Assembly (NCBI GenBank): GCA_000320545.1
Contig: ADNK01003479.1
Location: forward strand, 22,938 to 86,937
Direction: 5' to 3'
DNA from: Bigelowiella natans CCMP2755
Taxonomy: Eukaryota > Protista > Cercozoa
Length of the DNA: 64,000 nucleotides
Positions 27,801 through 40,642 of this stretch are shown piece by piece. Under the pieces are notes generated by a model. The model was not told the origin of the DNA. It ran no database searches and saw nothing but the letters and a program-made list of their open reading frames with translations. How positions within the stretch are numbered: position 1 is the first letter of the stretch; the number at the start of each line of letters is the position of its first letter. The position numbers were made by a program, and so were the translations under genes.

Positions 27801-28133
27801 AATGTAAACCTCGACACAACAAAATGCTTTGATTATCTACCTAATTAAGCTGGGAAAATACATATATTCTTGCTGTGCGCAGTCCATATGCAGTTCGTGC
27901 AAATTCAAATTATTTCCGGGTAACTTCGAATTAAATTAGCTTAAAATAATTAGGTTGGGAAATACCTTATGATGAATCGGAGGTGTTTAATGTAACAAAT
28001 ATGAGCAGCTCTGTCAACCAAGATAAACAAACGAAGCTCCAAACAGGAAAATGCTGCTTTACGGGATATAATATGTTTTTTATGACAAAATATGTCAGCT
28101 TGTGTACTACATATTCGCTATTGGTTTCACAGT

Positions 28134-30437
28134 CTAACTGTAAAGCCAAAAAGGTTTCTCTTTTGCTTGTAATTGACGTTTGTGCTTCTCACGCTCTTTG
28201 ATTTGCTCATCTAACATCTGAGTGTAGAGTTAGAAATAGTAGTTAGCATAAATCGGATATAATTAGAAATTTTAAATTTCGAATCTGACGCTCAAGAAGG
28301 AAAATAAACTACATATATGGTTCCACCTTTCGATAACTTAGCTGTGACTCTTTCTTCTGTTTCATCTTCTTCGCTTCATCAATCTTCAACTGCTCGGTCA
28401 CCTTTTTCAGGTGCTCCTTAATATGTACATGCTCAGCCTTTTTCTAACGAAGGATAGATGGTTGTAAACAGGAAAAATCAATTATTAGCTTCGATCCTTT
28501 ATGACAATTAGCGTTGGTTGTTGTTGCGTGCCGTGCTGTATATGTACAACTTTGAATGTACAACCTTTTCTTTTATCTTCTCTTTTTCTTTGCACTGTTT
28601 ATTCAGAAACTTGAGATTCTCAACAGCAGCCTTCCTTGCACGTTCTTTCTTATTTTTTTCTAATTTAATAAATGTATTAAGAAAAGAAATCGTGCAACGA
28701 CATTCTCTACTTTGAACAAATAAAATAAAAGCAACCTCTTCTTTCAGCTTCTGCTTCTTTTTGTGCTCTAATTTTGTCAACAGTCTTCAGGAATGCCTCG
28801 TCTCTTTTCGTTGCTGCCTGAAGAAGTCACATGAAATTTGAAAAAACATTGATCTACACACCATGTGTTACTACGTAAGACCTTGTAATGGGTAAGTGAT
28901 TTATTCCGAAGTTTTTTTTGCTTATCTTCATAAGCTTTAAACTCGGCTGCTCTCTTCTTTTCCTTTGCCTAAGTTTTATGTGAAAACAAGATCAGTAAAA
29001 ACGGTAAAATATGAAGAAAATGGCCTTATCGTATTATTTCAGGACTCATAAAACGCTAACGACTAAGTACCATACACTACTACCGCTATGACCAAAACAC
29101 TAGAACACTGTCCTACCTCGAGAAGAGCTGCATACTGCTTTTCACGCTCAAGCTCCTCTTGAGCTTCCCTCGCTTTGATTTTCTAGAGTATGCATGCATA
29201 CGTGGAAATCAGAATAATAGCTACCACCTCACAACTTCCAACACAAACCGCATACAAAATTAGATTTCCTCAATAGTATATCTCCCTCTTCTGACCTCCT
29301 TTTCCAAACGACGTTTCTCGTTGTCTGCCATCACTTTTGCAAACAGTTTCTTCCGATTCGCTTTGGCCTTTAATTCATCCAATCAATACCAAAGTAGTAC
29401 ATCGTACATCATGTGTATCATAGAATGAGGCAAAGGGAAAGTAATCCATATTAGAGCAACCCGCGTGTGGTTTGTGTTTGCTACATGCATTTCCACCTTA
29501 CCTTCACAATTTTCGCTTTTTCTGCTTCTTCATGTAATCGAAATTCTTCCAGAAGTCTACGCTCGTACTCAGCCTACATAAAAAAAAATAGAAGAAAAAG
29601 AAAACACGTTTCAAGAAAATCCCATAACGCGAAACTAGATCAGAAGGAAATAGTCGTTTACATTTATGAATACCTTTTCTCGTAGCATTTGTTGTCTCTT
29701 GATTTCACGCTCCTATTACGTGTGGATGATAAGCTTTTTCCAATAAAATAGTGTGTAATATTTCTTTTTATCGATGGTTTGAAAGAAAGAGCAAGAACAA
29801 CCTTCAGTTGAACTTCACGATCCTTCTTTAGCTTTTCGATTCTCTCTCTTTTCTTCTTTATTTTTTCAGCTTCCTCAATTTTCCACTTTTCCAATACTTT
29901 TTTCTCTGCCTCAGCATATTTTACCTTCGAATAGATTCAAATGATTCGGGTGTCTATCTGGGTGACCAATTTGTATTTGTATCCATAGTTGGTAAGAACA
30001 TATGGCGCGCCCGACACACACACGGACACATTCAGAACTAACTGTCCACAGAAGATACATAGAGCACTACAAAGTGCCATAGTAACGGAAAGTTTGGCAT
30101 CACTATCAAATCCGAGCGCGAAATGATAGGATGGGGTATCATCATAGGTGCAGCTGCTACCTTTTCCAAAAGCTCTCTCTGTTTCATACTTTCACGTATA
30201 TGCATCTGTTCCTTCAAAGACTTTTGAGAATCCTTTTGAACAAAATAAGCTCTGATGATGACTTCCTAGTTCGTTCGTGGAGCATAGAGTTACTACCATG
30301 AGGTTTTTCCTATAAACTTTTTTCTTGGAATGCTCTTTCTCCAAGAGGATGTCTGTAATGGTCTTCGCTGGTTTGCGGCCAACAAACGATACTCCAGAGG
30401 GATTCTTCCCTTTTGAACTGAAGTAACCCCATCCCAT
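28134..30437 (-). CDS. E/K/R-rich coiled-coil protein, trichoplein/CFAP45/CFAP53-like, multi-exon
   Basis: Exons read MGWGYFSSKGKNP..., EKWKIEEAEKIKKKRERIEKLKKDREVQLK, AEYERRLLEEFRLHEEAEKAKI, KKERARKAAVENLKFLNKQCKEKEK and DEQIKEREKHKRQLQAKEKPFWLYS*. Family call is by composition and pattern only. Confidence 0.65.
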
Positions 30438-30955
30438 AATATTAAATAATGGGATCTTTATTTGTACTTAAAGTAAAAAAACTTTGTGATGATGTACCTC
30501 GACATTGCAGTCTTTCTCTTCCTCTTATCGCACACAATTGACTTTGAATAAAATTTTTGTTTTCGCTCTCGGTTGAGTTAAGCAATGTAGGATGGGATAC
30601 TCAGCAGATACGTAACAGCCTATCCTAAAGCAATGTAAATGAATCTGTCTTCCCTGTACTAGAGGGGAGTCGAGTTTTCTGTCCGTTTAAGCAGCAGGGG
30701 TTCCCTTGGCCGTTACAACAAAGCAGTCATATCCGATGCCATTGTCGTACACTAAAGATCTATTGCATTTTATTATATTACCGTCACTGACGATAATCCC
30801 GTCTTTACTCCTAAAGCCGTTTCTACCATCTGCATAATGTCTCTACGACAATAATAAAAGCTGATATAAGCTACGATTTGGAGGCTATTTGGTATAATTT
30901 TAGGGTAAAATTCCCTGTGTTTTTTTTGGAAACGACAGATAATGCAGGAAACGGG

Positions 30956-30994
<39 letters not shown>

Positions 30995-31287
30995 TTGTGT
31001 GTAAATCGAACGATGATTCGTAAAATCTGGGAGGAGTAGTGAGTAGCAGTGCCTTCATCAGTCATCTTCTTCCTGTTTACTACTTTTGTCCTTCTTCCTC
31101 ATCCTCCTTCTGATTGCGGCGGTGGTAACAATCGAAGCTTACTTATACTATTAGGCGAAGAAGGATACAACTAGTACAAGGAAAAGAAGTTAGCAGCCAA
31201 ATTTATAACAATTCTAGTTAGAAAGAGTGTTTCTGTCTATCTGCTATAGGATTTTGGTATTTAGACAGTTGATTATTGTTTTATTTT

Positions 31288-32556
31288 ATGATGGCCGATC
31301 GTAAACACTCGCCGCCTTCTCTAATTTCTGAAACGAAAGTAAAGCAAACACAGCATGCAAGGAGGAAACGAACGACACAGTTGAAGCACGAACCTGTATC
31401 ATTATCTGAATTCACCAAGGATCTTAAAGCAGCAATTTTGGATAAAAAACTCACCCCAAGCACCATGATTATCGAAAGTATCAATAATCCATTTGGGAGA
31501 ACCCTTACCGTTGAGATGCATGCAAAACAATCTCCCGTAGAACAAGCGAAAGTGGTTCCAAATGATCAGTTGGAAGTGTTTATCAAGCTCATTGCCAAAA
31601 AGTATCCAAATGCATTCAGAGAAATTCATTTGACACATCATGATATCAACGATACGATTGCAAGAGAAATCTCTGCGTTGTTAATTCGGAGCCAAAGCTT
31701 AGAAGATCTCTCACTGAACGGTAATTCAATATGCAGACAAGGATGCAACAGTTTCACACAGACGCTAGTGTCTACAGGCGGTGGAGTACTTAAATCTCTT
31801 TCTTTAAGAGATAACCCAATAGGAGATGACGCCATTAAGTCTCTAGCCGCATTTCTAGCCACAGATCCCGTTTTGGAATCAATAGATCTCGGAAACGTCG
31901 AAGCTGATGTGGTGGCTCTCGTTCACTTGGCCCATTCTTTGGAAACGAACACTAATTTACATGTTCTTAACATCGATAGACCCAAAAAATCAGATAAAAA
32001 TGACGAGGAGTCATCAATTCACCTAGCAAAAGCTCTTCGGTGTAATTCCAGTCTCCACACACTATCTCTATCTAAACATTGCATGCGCGAATACGGAACT
32101 ATGTGGTTAATGGAGTACATTACAGACTGGAATCAAAGCATTACGTCCCTCGATCTCAGTAGCAATGAAATTCCTGCTGATGGAGCCAAGTACATCGCTA
32201 AAATGCTCTCAAATCCGAAATGCAATATCACGAACCTCAATTTATCCTCAAATAGAATTACAAGTGAAGGTGCTGAAGCCCTTGCGAAGTCATTGGAGGC
32301 GAATAGCTCTCTTGTTACTTTAGATCTATCATATGCTACGATTACGGACGACGGTTTAGTGGCATTGTGCGATGCATTCTCTTCAAACAAGACTCTTCGA
32401 ACGCTTTTGCTATCTGGTAATAAGTTCGGGCTTAAAGCAAGGAAATCTTGGCAAGAACGCTTGGGCTGGCCTGTCAAAGAAGGTGGAATCGATGGATCGT
32501 GTACACTTAACATTGACACATTGGATTTTATTCCACTTATTGCTCCACCATTTTGA
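31288..32556 (+). CDS. LRRC34: Ribonuclease-inhibitor-type leucine-rich repeat protein, LRRC34-like, intronless
   Basis: Repeated LxxLxLxxNxI units. The segment LNIDRP...EESSIHLAKALRCNSSLHTLSLSKH matches the LRRC34 pattern LNRP...EESTVH...N..L..L...KH. Confidence 0.8.
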   Translation: MMADRKHSPPSLISETKVKQTQHARRKRTTQLKHEPVSLSEFTKDLKAAILDKKLTPSTMIIESINNPFGRTLTVEMHAKQSPVEQAKVVPNDQLEVFIKLIAKKYPNAFREIHLTHHDINDTIAREISALLIRSQSLEDLSLNGNSICRQGCNSFTQTLVSTGGGVLKSLSLRDNPIGDDAIKSLAAFLATDPVLESIDLGNVEADVVALVHLAHSLETNTNLHVLNIDRPKKSDKNDEESSIHLAKALRCNSSLHTLSLSKHCMREYGTMWLMEYITDWNQSITSLDLSSNEIPADGAKYIAKMLSNPKCNITNLNLSSNRITSEGAEALAKSLEANSSLVTLDLSYATITDDGLVALCDAFSSNKTLRTLLLSGNKFGLKARKSWQERLGWPVKEGGIDGSCTLNIDTLDFIPLIAPPF

Positions 32557-33193
32557 TCCTCTGAGCAGTAGAGTATCCGACAGCAAATCGTCTCAGTTCG
32601 GCAGCGTTTATGTCATTGACCCAGATAGATTCCACATAATTTATTAGATGTTGCATAAAAGCCTAACTGATTCATTTCAGATTCATTTCAAACCTAATTA
32701 TGAACGTCTCAATAGCTTTACTGCTGGAATCTTCGCATCCTCTGCTGCATTACATTGCTGTAGTGTAATGCCCATTAAAGCTAGCATGTATGAGACGGAT
32801 GTAATGAAATGTTTGAATACTTTCAATGGTCATCCTAATACAGCTATGCAAAGCAGCGGCTACAGCGCTCATGTTACATCCATTTTTCTCCGCTATCACG
32901 TGTTTCATACATTTGAAAGCATCTGCATCCTGCTGTCGTCGATGTCGTCGTGGAGTACGCGCAGCGGTCCGTGCTTCTCGTTCAGCTTCCGTCAGGCGAA
33001 GTTTCGATTCGTCTCATCGTTTCGATTCATGATGTATAACATGATGGCATTCAGTTGGTTTCGCAATCCACTGCACGCGTGCGACATCCACGCGACGCAC
33101 ACGTGTGTGTGCAAGCGTAGCTATCTGTGGCATTGCACGGCGACGTGCAGGATCTGTATAGGCAGCAGCCGCGCGTGGCTGTCGCTGCTGTGT

Positions 33194-33637
33194 CAGGGGC
33201 CCACCCCATGGAAAAATTCCCCACTGCTCTTGCTAGCTTGGAAGGAACCAAAGTGCCAAATCAGTGTGACTCGCAATTTGACCGCCACCCAGCACTGCGG
33301 ACCCACTGCTGAACTGAATTGCCAGAATGACATGGCAACTGCCATGTCCCCAGCTAGCCAGCACGTGTTTTTGGTCAAAATGACATGGCAAAAAAATCGT
33401 CGCCAGAGCAGAGAGCAGCGCGCCATTGCCTGCATCGCACAATTCTTTGGCCAGAGCATCTTTGAAACAGTGCAAAATTGTTCTCATCTAGAATGAGCAA
33501 TGAGAACAAATCGCTGGGCTGTCATTTGAGCGCAACGGGCAATCAAATCAAAAACAGGAAAACCATTGGACAAAATACTCACAGAAGAGCCATTTGGATC
33601 GAGCAGCAGGGAAATTTTTCATGGGGTGTGCCTCCAG
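33194..33637. mobile_element. MITE, about 444 bp, with 36-37 bp imperfect terminal inverted repeats
   Basis: Left arm caggggcccaccccatggaaaaattccccactgctc (33194-33229) versus the reverse complement of 33601-33637, ctggaggcacaccccatgaaaaatttccctgctgctc. Internal palindrome gacatggcaactgccatgtc. Confidence 0.8.
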
Positions 33638-34414
33638 TAAACCTACACACAGCAGCAAGCGCGACATCTTTACATGTAGACCGCTTGCAAGTTGTGCGCA
33701 GCATGCCTACACTGCTTCTTGGCTGATGCTGCCTCCGAGCTCTGTACACACACACACACACATTGCACAGCAGTGTAGCCATGGCATCAATGGGCAATGA
33801 AGGCATGCAAGCTTGCTTAGATGTATTGTTTATTGCCGGACGTGGTGCGATGCTGTGACATGAACTGGATCAAACACGTTGCTAGTATAACCCGACATTC
33901 GCTGCTGACACTCATTCGCAAAACAATGAATGGAGTTTGACGCTTCGAGGAACGAATTGTTTGAAATTAGCGCTCTTAGATTGTTGCATCACATCGCACA
34001 ACGACGCGGCTCAGACGCCGCGCGCGCGCGCTTAGATGACGTACGTGATATAATGATACAAGCTACCAGAATATTAATGCCACGTTGTTACGACTGTGAG
34101 GACATCAGATAGATGGACTATACTACTACTGTGTGTATCGATGGGCCGACACAACAGAGCCTACATACTACCTAAATAGCAACGGCTTTGTATAGGTATT
34201 GTGCAACGTACGCAACATAGCATGTACCAGCAGTAGTAGCGTAGAGTCACCAAAAATCAAAATCTTGAGGATTGTATGGTTGATGCCACATAGTGAATAA
34301 TTATCTGCATTCATCAGAGTGCTCATATGATATAATCTCTAGTGTAATGCACACACTATGGGTGATCGCAGAGCATACCTAAAATATGCATTATCTTCCT
34401 TGTCGTAGGCGTAT

Positions 34415-34864
34415 TCACAGCTTAGATCTTCTCATCTTCCTGATGGCACTATCTCCTTGTGTATTATTATTCCCAATGTATTGCCGTCTTGAGTAGCGAT
34501 GTTTGATTGAAGTAGCGTGTTTGCGGAGGACTATTGAGAGTTTTTCCAAGTTTTTGCAACCTTCGTGTTTTACCCACTCCTCAAGTGCCTGTAATGTATC
34601 ATTTTCAGATGTTGATCATGACGAAGGAAGAACAGCGTTGTTGTCTCAAATCATCAGCATCATCATCATCATCATCATCCTCATCGCCATTCAATATCTT
34701 CTTTTTTCTGATTAAAGCTAAAAGTTACTGTTGAAGTGACCATTGCTCCATTCTTTGCGTAAACATCAATAGCTCCTTTCCTGAAACATGATGATGATAT
34801 TGGAATATGTAAGCTGCTTTAGGGTTCTGGCACTCATTCGTTCGTTACTTTGTTTCGGGCAGCT

Positions 34865-34900
<36 letters not shown>

Positions 34901-35856
34901 AATGATGATGATAATGATGATAATGATGACGATAATGATGATGATAATGTGTGATCAGACGTCCGAATCAAGAACATAAAACGATGACATCTTTCCATAA
35001 CAATTAGAGCATTAAACGACGACGACGACATCTTTCCATAACATACAGAACATAAAACGACCACGACGTCTTTCAGAAAACCAAACGTCGCAACAAATTT
35101 TACAATTTCAATTTTGAACGTAAGTATACATGAAAAGCTTTTGTCCGGTTATGTTTATAAATGTGTATGTGTGTGTGTGTATGTGTGTGTGTGTGTGTGT
35201 GTGTATGTGAAATAAATATTCCGTATCTAAAGTAATCAAATGAACCATATGACACTGATACTACTCGACACTTTGGAAAAGCTACTTTTACTCACACTCA
35301 AACGCACAAGAAGATCATCTCTACACATGATGAAGGGTACAAAACGCACTCACCATGTCGCTCTCCCGCACAAAACACCGCTGTACTCGCATCCTGCTTC
35401 GCCTATAACGAATGCGTTAATAAAGATAAGAAAACAATTAGTACTAGTATGATGATGTTGATGAATGACTACATCATCATACTATTTTAAGCACACAAAA
35501 AGCGTTAAAATCTCTTGTCGGTTTTAATAATATGGGAATAATCTGCTGTGATAAAGAATCCTCATCGTATTATTTTTTTAACTTTATTATTCTCATAAAT
35601 CCCTCATTGATTACCTGCAAGCTGGAGCATTTCCAGAAACACATCCATATCAACACCAGCGGATAAGAAGATGAAAGGTGTTCCCTGTACCAAACATGCC
35701 ATAACCACCACCACTATCATCATCATCATCATCATCATCATCAGTTACAACAGCTTTTCTTCACCATTTAATTAATGAGCTACGCTAGCACAACTGTTAC
35801 CAGTGGCAAACACTAATGACAAGGAATGATGGCTTGCCATTGACGACTATAATACG

Positions 35857-35892
<36 letters not shown>

Positions 35893-35959
35893 ATAAATAC
35901 ATACACCACCTTAGATGCGTCTGACATTGCTTTCATGTACCTGAAAATGAAAACCAAGG

Positions 35960-36006
<47 letters not shown>

Positions 36007-36557
36007 GCATATAAAGAGTAGTAGAGAACAACGAATCGTGGGGCGGAGGAGGTATTTGTAATAATAACAAATAAATGATAATTTTATTGCATTAAAATTG
36101 CGTTTTCTCATCTCTGAAATTGGAATTTTCTAAAGAGAGATCTAGGTATTACTACTATTACATCTCTGAAATTGGAATTTATTTTCTAAAGAGATCTAGG
36201 TATTATTATTATTACTACTACTACTACTACTACTACCCCTTTGCCTCATCGATATCATATGCATGATTATTCTTATTGTTTCTATTCTCTGCTGCCTTGA
36301 GCCCCTTCACAAACGAAGCCACTACAGGGAATTCCATCTTTAGAACGTCCGCACTATATTTATTAAGTAGTTATTATGATTAGCCTAAGAGAATACCATC
36401 GTATAGAAGAAAGACACACTATATTTATTAAGTAGTTATTATGATTAGCTCAAGAGAATACCATCGTATAGAGGACACATTAAACAACTACCCTCAATAT
36501 ACAATCAGCTACTACTACTAAGACTGCTGCTACTCTTACTACTACTACTACTACTAT

Positions 36558-36589
<32 letters not shown>

Positions 36590-36632
36590 TTCCTACTACT
36601 ACTGCTGCTGCTACTGCTTCTACGCTACTACA

Positions 36633-36669
<37 letters not shown>

Positions 36670-36792
36670 ACCAGTATTCTGGTTTGCTGAATTCCTTCAT
36701 TGCTGCTAAGACCATCTTTTGGTAGTAGTAATAACAGTATCATCAACCAGAACACTATTGTAATGAAGTAATCATCATATAATACAGTATTT

Positions 36793-36831
<39 letters not shown>

Positions 36832-37321
36832 AGAGCCTCAACTGGCACTCTCATATATATGATAAAATGACGCAGCAGAAGAGATAAATCCTCTTTCTTG
36901 TCAATGCTTTTGTCTGCTCATGCTCCTCCTCCTTCTCCCTCTCCCCCCTTCCTTTTCCTTCTCCTACCTGTGGTTTCCTTGTAGCCAATCCAATACTGTT
37001 TTTGGATACTGATTCGTCTAACGTCAACACCTATAGATATCAGTAGTAGTATATGTATACATGCATATATACACACGTACATACAGCTGCTCTTTTAGAA
37101 CTCAGATTGTCCCTTAAAAGAGAGATATATACTAAATGATACTAATACAGCGGAAATATGTAGAAATCATTCACCATACAGCTATCGTACTATGATCTGC
37201 ATTTCACCAAGTTCAGTAGTAGCGCTAAGAATACTACTATCACCGCTACTACTACTACTACTACTACTACTGCCACCTCAAGGAAAAATGGGACGCCCAC
37301 TGACAAACATTCCGCTCCAAC

Positions 37322-37369
<48 letters not shown>

Positions 37370-38211
37370 CATTTACTCATATATAGTATATAAGTGATAT
37401 ATCGAGGGGTATGTTTGCCAAAAGGAAAGGACAATGACTAAGTACCGACATAATCAATAATTAAATTATTGAATTAGTATATAACTGGTATCTGTGGTAG
37501 TGATTAATATCATTGTAGCAAGACTAGGTTACTATACTTCATTTGATAAGAAGAACACAAATGCTGTCATTCATGTCTCCCCCCCCCCCTTGCTACTGTA
37601 CTGGGAATTAATTTGTTTTGCTACTGTGACTAGTTGGGGTACTATTTTCAGTACTACTACTATTACTTCTACTAATACTATCACGTGAAGACAACTCTAC
37701 TACTACAACTACTACTACTGCTGCTGCTACTACTACTACTACAATGAAAAGCACCTTCCTCACAAAAGACTTAATACTGTCTTGTTTGGATTGTGGCCAT
37801 CGATAGTTAAAGTAAACAAGAAGCTTAACACCAGTACCCTACGACCGATTACTTACTCAGAAGAGAGCTGCATATGCAATGTCATATTTAAAATACAAAT
37901 ATACTACTACTACTACCACTACTACCACTACTACTACTACAAAGCAGTAGTAAAGGTAGTAGTAGTAGCACTACTAAAAAGCATGCAAAATGAGGTTTAT
38001 AATTATGATGATGATGATGATGATATACCCCTTCTCTCTCAATTCGAGCTACATCCCAGCCTTATAAGGATGATAATGGCGATTGTGGCCAAAGAAAATG
38101 GTTAAATAAGAATGTTTGTTAGTACGTGTGTGTATGTGTGTGTGTGTGTGTGTGTGTGTTTTGTGACACGTAGTACTCCTTTATATACAATGTATATAAT
38201 ATACATATAAC

Positions 38212-38243
<32 letters not shown>

Positions 38244-39176
38244 CAATTTATAAAAAAATGATAATACGGGTATTTTTATTGAGTAGACAGAAGGATGGGA
38301 AGGTGGTACATAGTAGTAGTACAACTACGATATATTGCCTTCGTGTAATATACGAAAAAAATAGGGTTCAATTTAATTCGATTAACATCAATCATAGAAC
38401 ATAACTCCTCAATACTAATACAACTACTACTGCTGCTGCTACTACTATAGCTACTTTGCTACACCAGGTGTGAGGGGAGGAGGTCCATCCTTTTTGCTTC
38501 CATTTTCATATGCAAGAAGCAAACCACATTTCTTGCCCGACGATATAAATTTCCTTCGATCAGTGTTAACATACAAAAAGTGAGAGTGCTTCTAGGAACA
38601 AAGGAGATGGAATAATATAGGAAGGATGGCTGCTGATAAAAAGGTAGAAATGATGTGCTTCTCATTCTTTGGTAATTATTTCAGTGGCAATTACATGATA
38701 CTGAAACGATTGCAATGATGCATAACGATCATTAAAATGACGAAAACGATGAGCAAAACGGTAATGGTGGAAAATAATGATGATGATGATGATGAAAGTA
38801 TTTATTGTTGGTGCTGATGGGCTGCTGTGACGAAGAACTTTTGTCAGAGAAAAGAGTAGAAATAGGAAGAAATATTCTTTCTCGGTATATGAATGGTTAC
38901 CATTCATTATTGTTGTGTCATTCTTTACATGTAAGAAATCTCACTCACCGTGCTTTCGTAGCATACTTCAAATCCAGTAGAAAGGCGGAAGATGGAATCG
39001 ACAAATACCTGTTTCCACATAATTAAGGATCGCTTTGTAAATACCATGATGAGATGATAGAGGTAGTGAAAGGAAGATATTCGGAGAGCAGCTTCAATAT
39101 TTTGTAATGAAAATATAGTTTCTACTCAAAATGGTTGTTGCCGTTTTGTTTCAAAACCATTAATAATTTAAAATAT

Positions 39177-39211
<35 letters not shown>

Positions 39212-39223
39212 CAATACATGTAA

Positions 39224-39263
<40 letters not shown>

Positions 39264-39973
39264 AATATATATATTTACACGTGTATTGATGTGTATGTGT
39301 ATGTGTGTGTGTGTATGTGTGTGTGTGTGTGTGTGTGCGTGTATTATAAAATGTATTTTTTAGAGAGAACTTGGTTATAATCAATTTAAAGGTTTCAACG
39401 TCTTGATCGCTAAATTTGCGTCCACCTGCTGCCTGCTTGTTCCAAATATGATGATTTTAGGGTTAAAATTTATGAGGGGGCTATGGTGCAAACTCAGGGA
39501 ATCATTGTCATGTTTTAGTTGAAGTATATGGAAAGGAGGAGGATGGGAAGAAGAAGGAGAGGAAGAGAAAGAGACAATAGTAGCACTGATTGGTCCCCCA
39601 CATTCTGATAAATCAACACCTGAAGCTTTTTTGTTAGACTACTACGAGCGTCCAGTGCTGTGGCAACAATAATATCGTACATAGGCTACATAATAACAAA
39701 CAAGTATCATCGATCATCATCCTAAGTGCACGATCGCATCCGTCTCATCATCCTAAATGCACGAGCCCATCCTCACCAGCAGGCAGCTAGAGAGATACTT
39801 CGCCTTCTTTTCTTTTATCTTCATATCTACAAGGTTTGCATTAAAGTCAATACAATTAAGGAAGCAAATCTAGTAATTTTGCTATATTTCGATTGAAGGT
39901 TGAAAGCAGCAGCAGCAGCAGCAGCAATTGGAGCGGCAGCAGGAGGACCTTCTGCAGATTGATAGGACTCCAT
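34415..39973 (-). CDS. lacD: Tagatose-1,6-bisphosphate aldolase-like class I aldolase (LacD/YihT family), about 14 exons
   Basis: Spliced exons give IIVATALDARSSL, SSAFLLDLKYA, KCGLLLAYE, WDVARIEREG, GVKLLVY, VGAECLSVGVPFFLE/VLT, AMKEFSKP, ADVLKMEFPV, PFIFLSAGVDMDVF, AGCEYSGVLCGRATW and ALEEWVKHEGCKNLEKL. These are colinear with firmicute LacD motifs. Start is either 39825 or 39973. Confidence 0.92.
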
Positions 39974-40642
39974 CGTCGACGTGGTTATTGTGGCTGAGTG
40001 ACGTTCCTTCCTGATGCAGTCAAATTCATGCAAATTATCATGTCGCAATATATAATCTTCCTGTGTTCACCAATAAATCTTGCTAAAAGATTGCGGTAAA
40101 CCGCATTGTTGTAGGACGGAATACTCGCATAAAATGTTTGTCGTACATACATGTTCCCCTATAATAATAATCGATAATAAACAAAATACCGGTAATAGAG
40201 TCCACAATATCCATCTGGTTTCATAGGTAATTTTCCCAATACGACATGGATTCGATCACTTACCGAGCGTAACGACAGTGCTGGCGTAAATAAAACAAGA
40301 AAAGAATTGTAATCATTGTTTACGACATCAATTTTGGAAACATTTACTGCATGAAACGGTAACTGATTGCAACGCTATTTTTTCCAGCTCCATGCCCTAT
40401 CCTTGTCCACTCTGAAGGTACAATAATCATTCAACGGCAATCTTTTAGAGGGAGCATGATGTTGCCACATTCGCATATTAAAGGGGAAAACAACGTACGA
40501 CTGAAACTTTTGAATGAATAGAGATTTTTTTGTAGTGGTACGCAAAGAAATAAGTCTCATCGTTCTACTCTTTCCATACTCTTTGTGCGTTACATACATA
40601 GGGCTATTATTCGACTACTTGACTACTGAGCAGCCGGCCCTA

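Noticed and set aside
32648-33496. 282-aa ORF as a real gene
   Set aside because: It has no recognisable domain, runs into a MITE, and is explained by loss of TAA/TAG stops.
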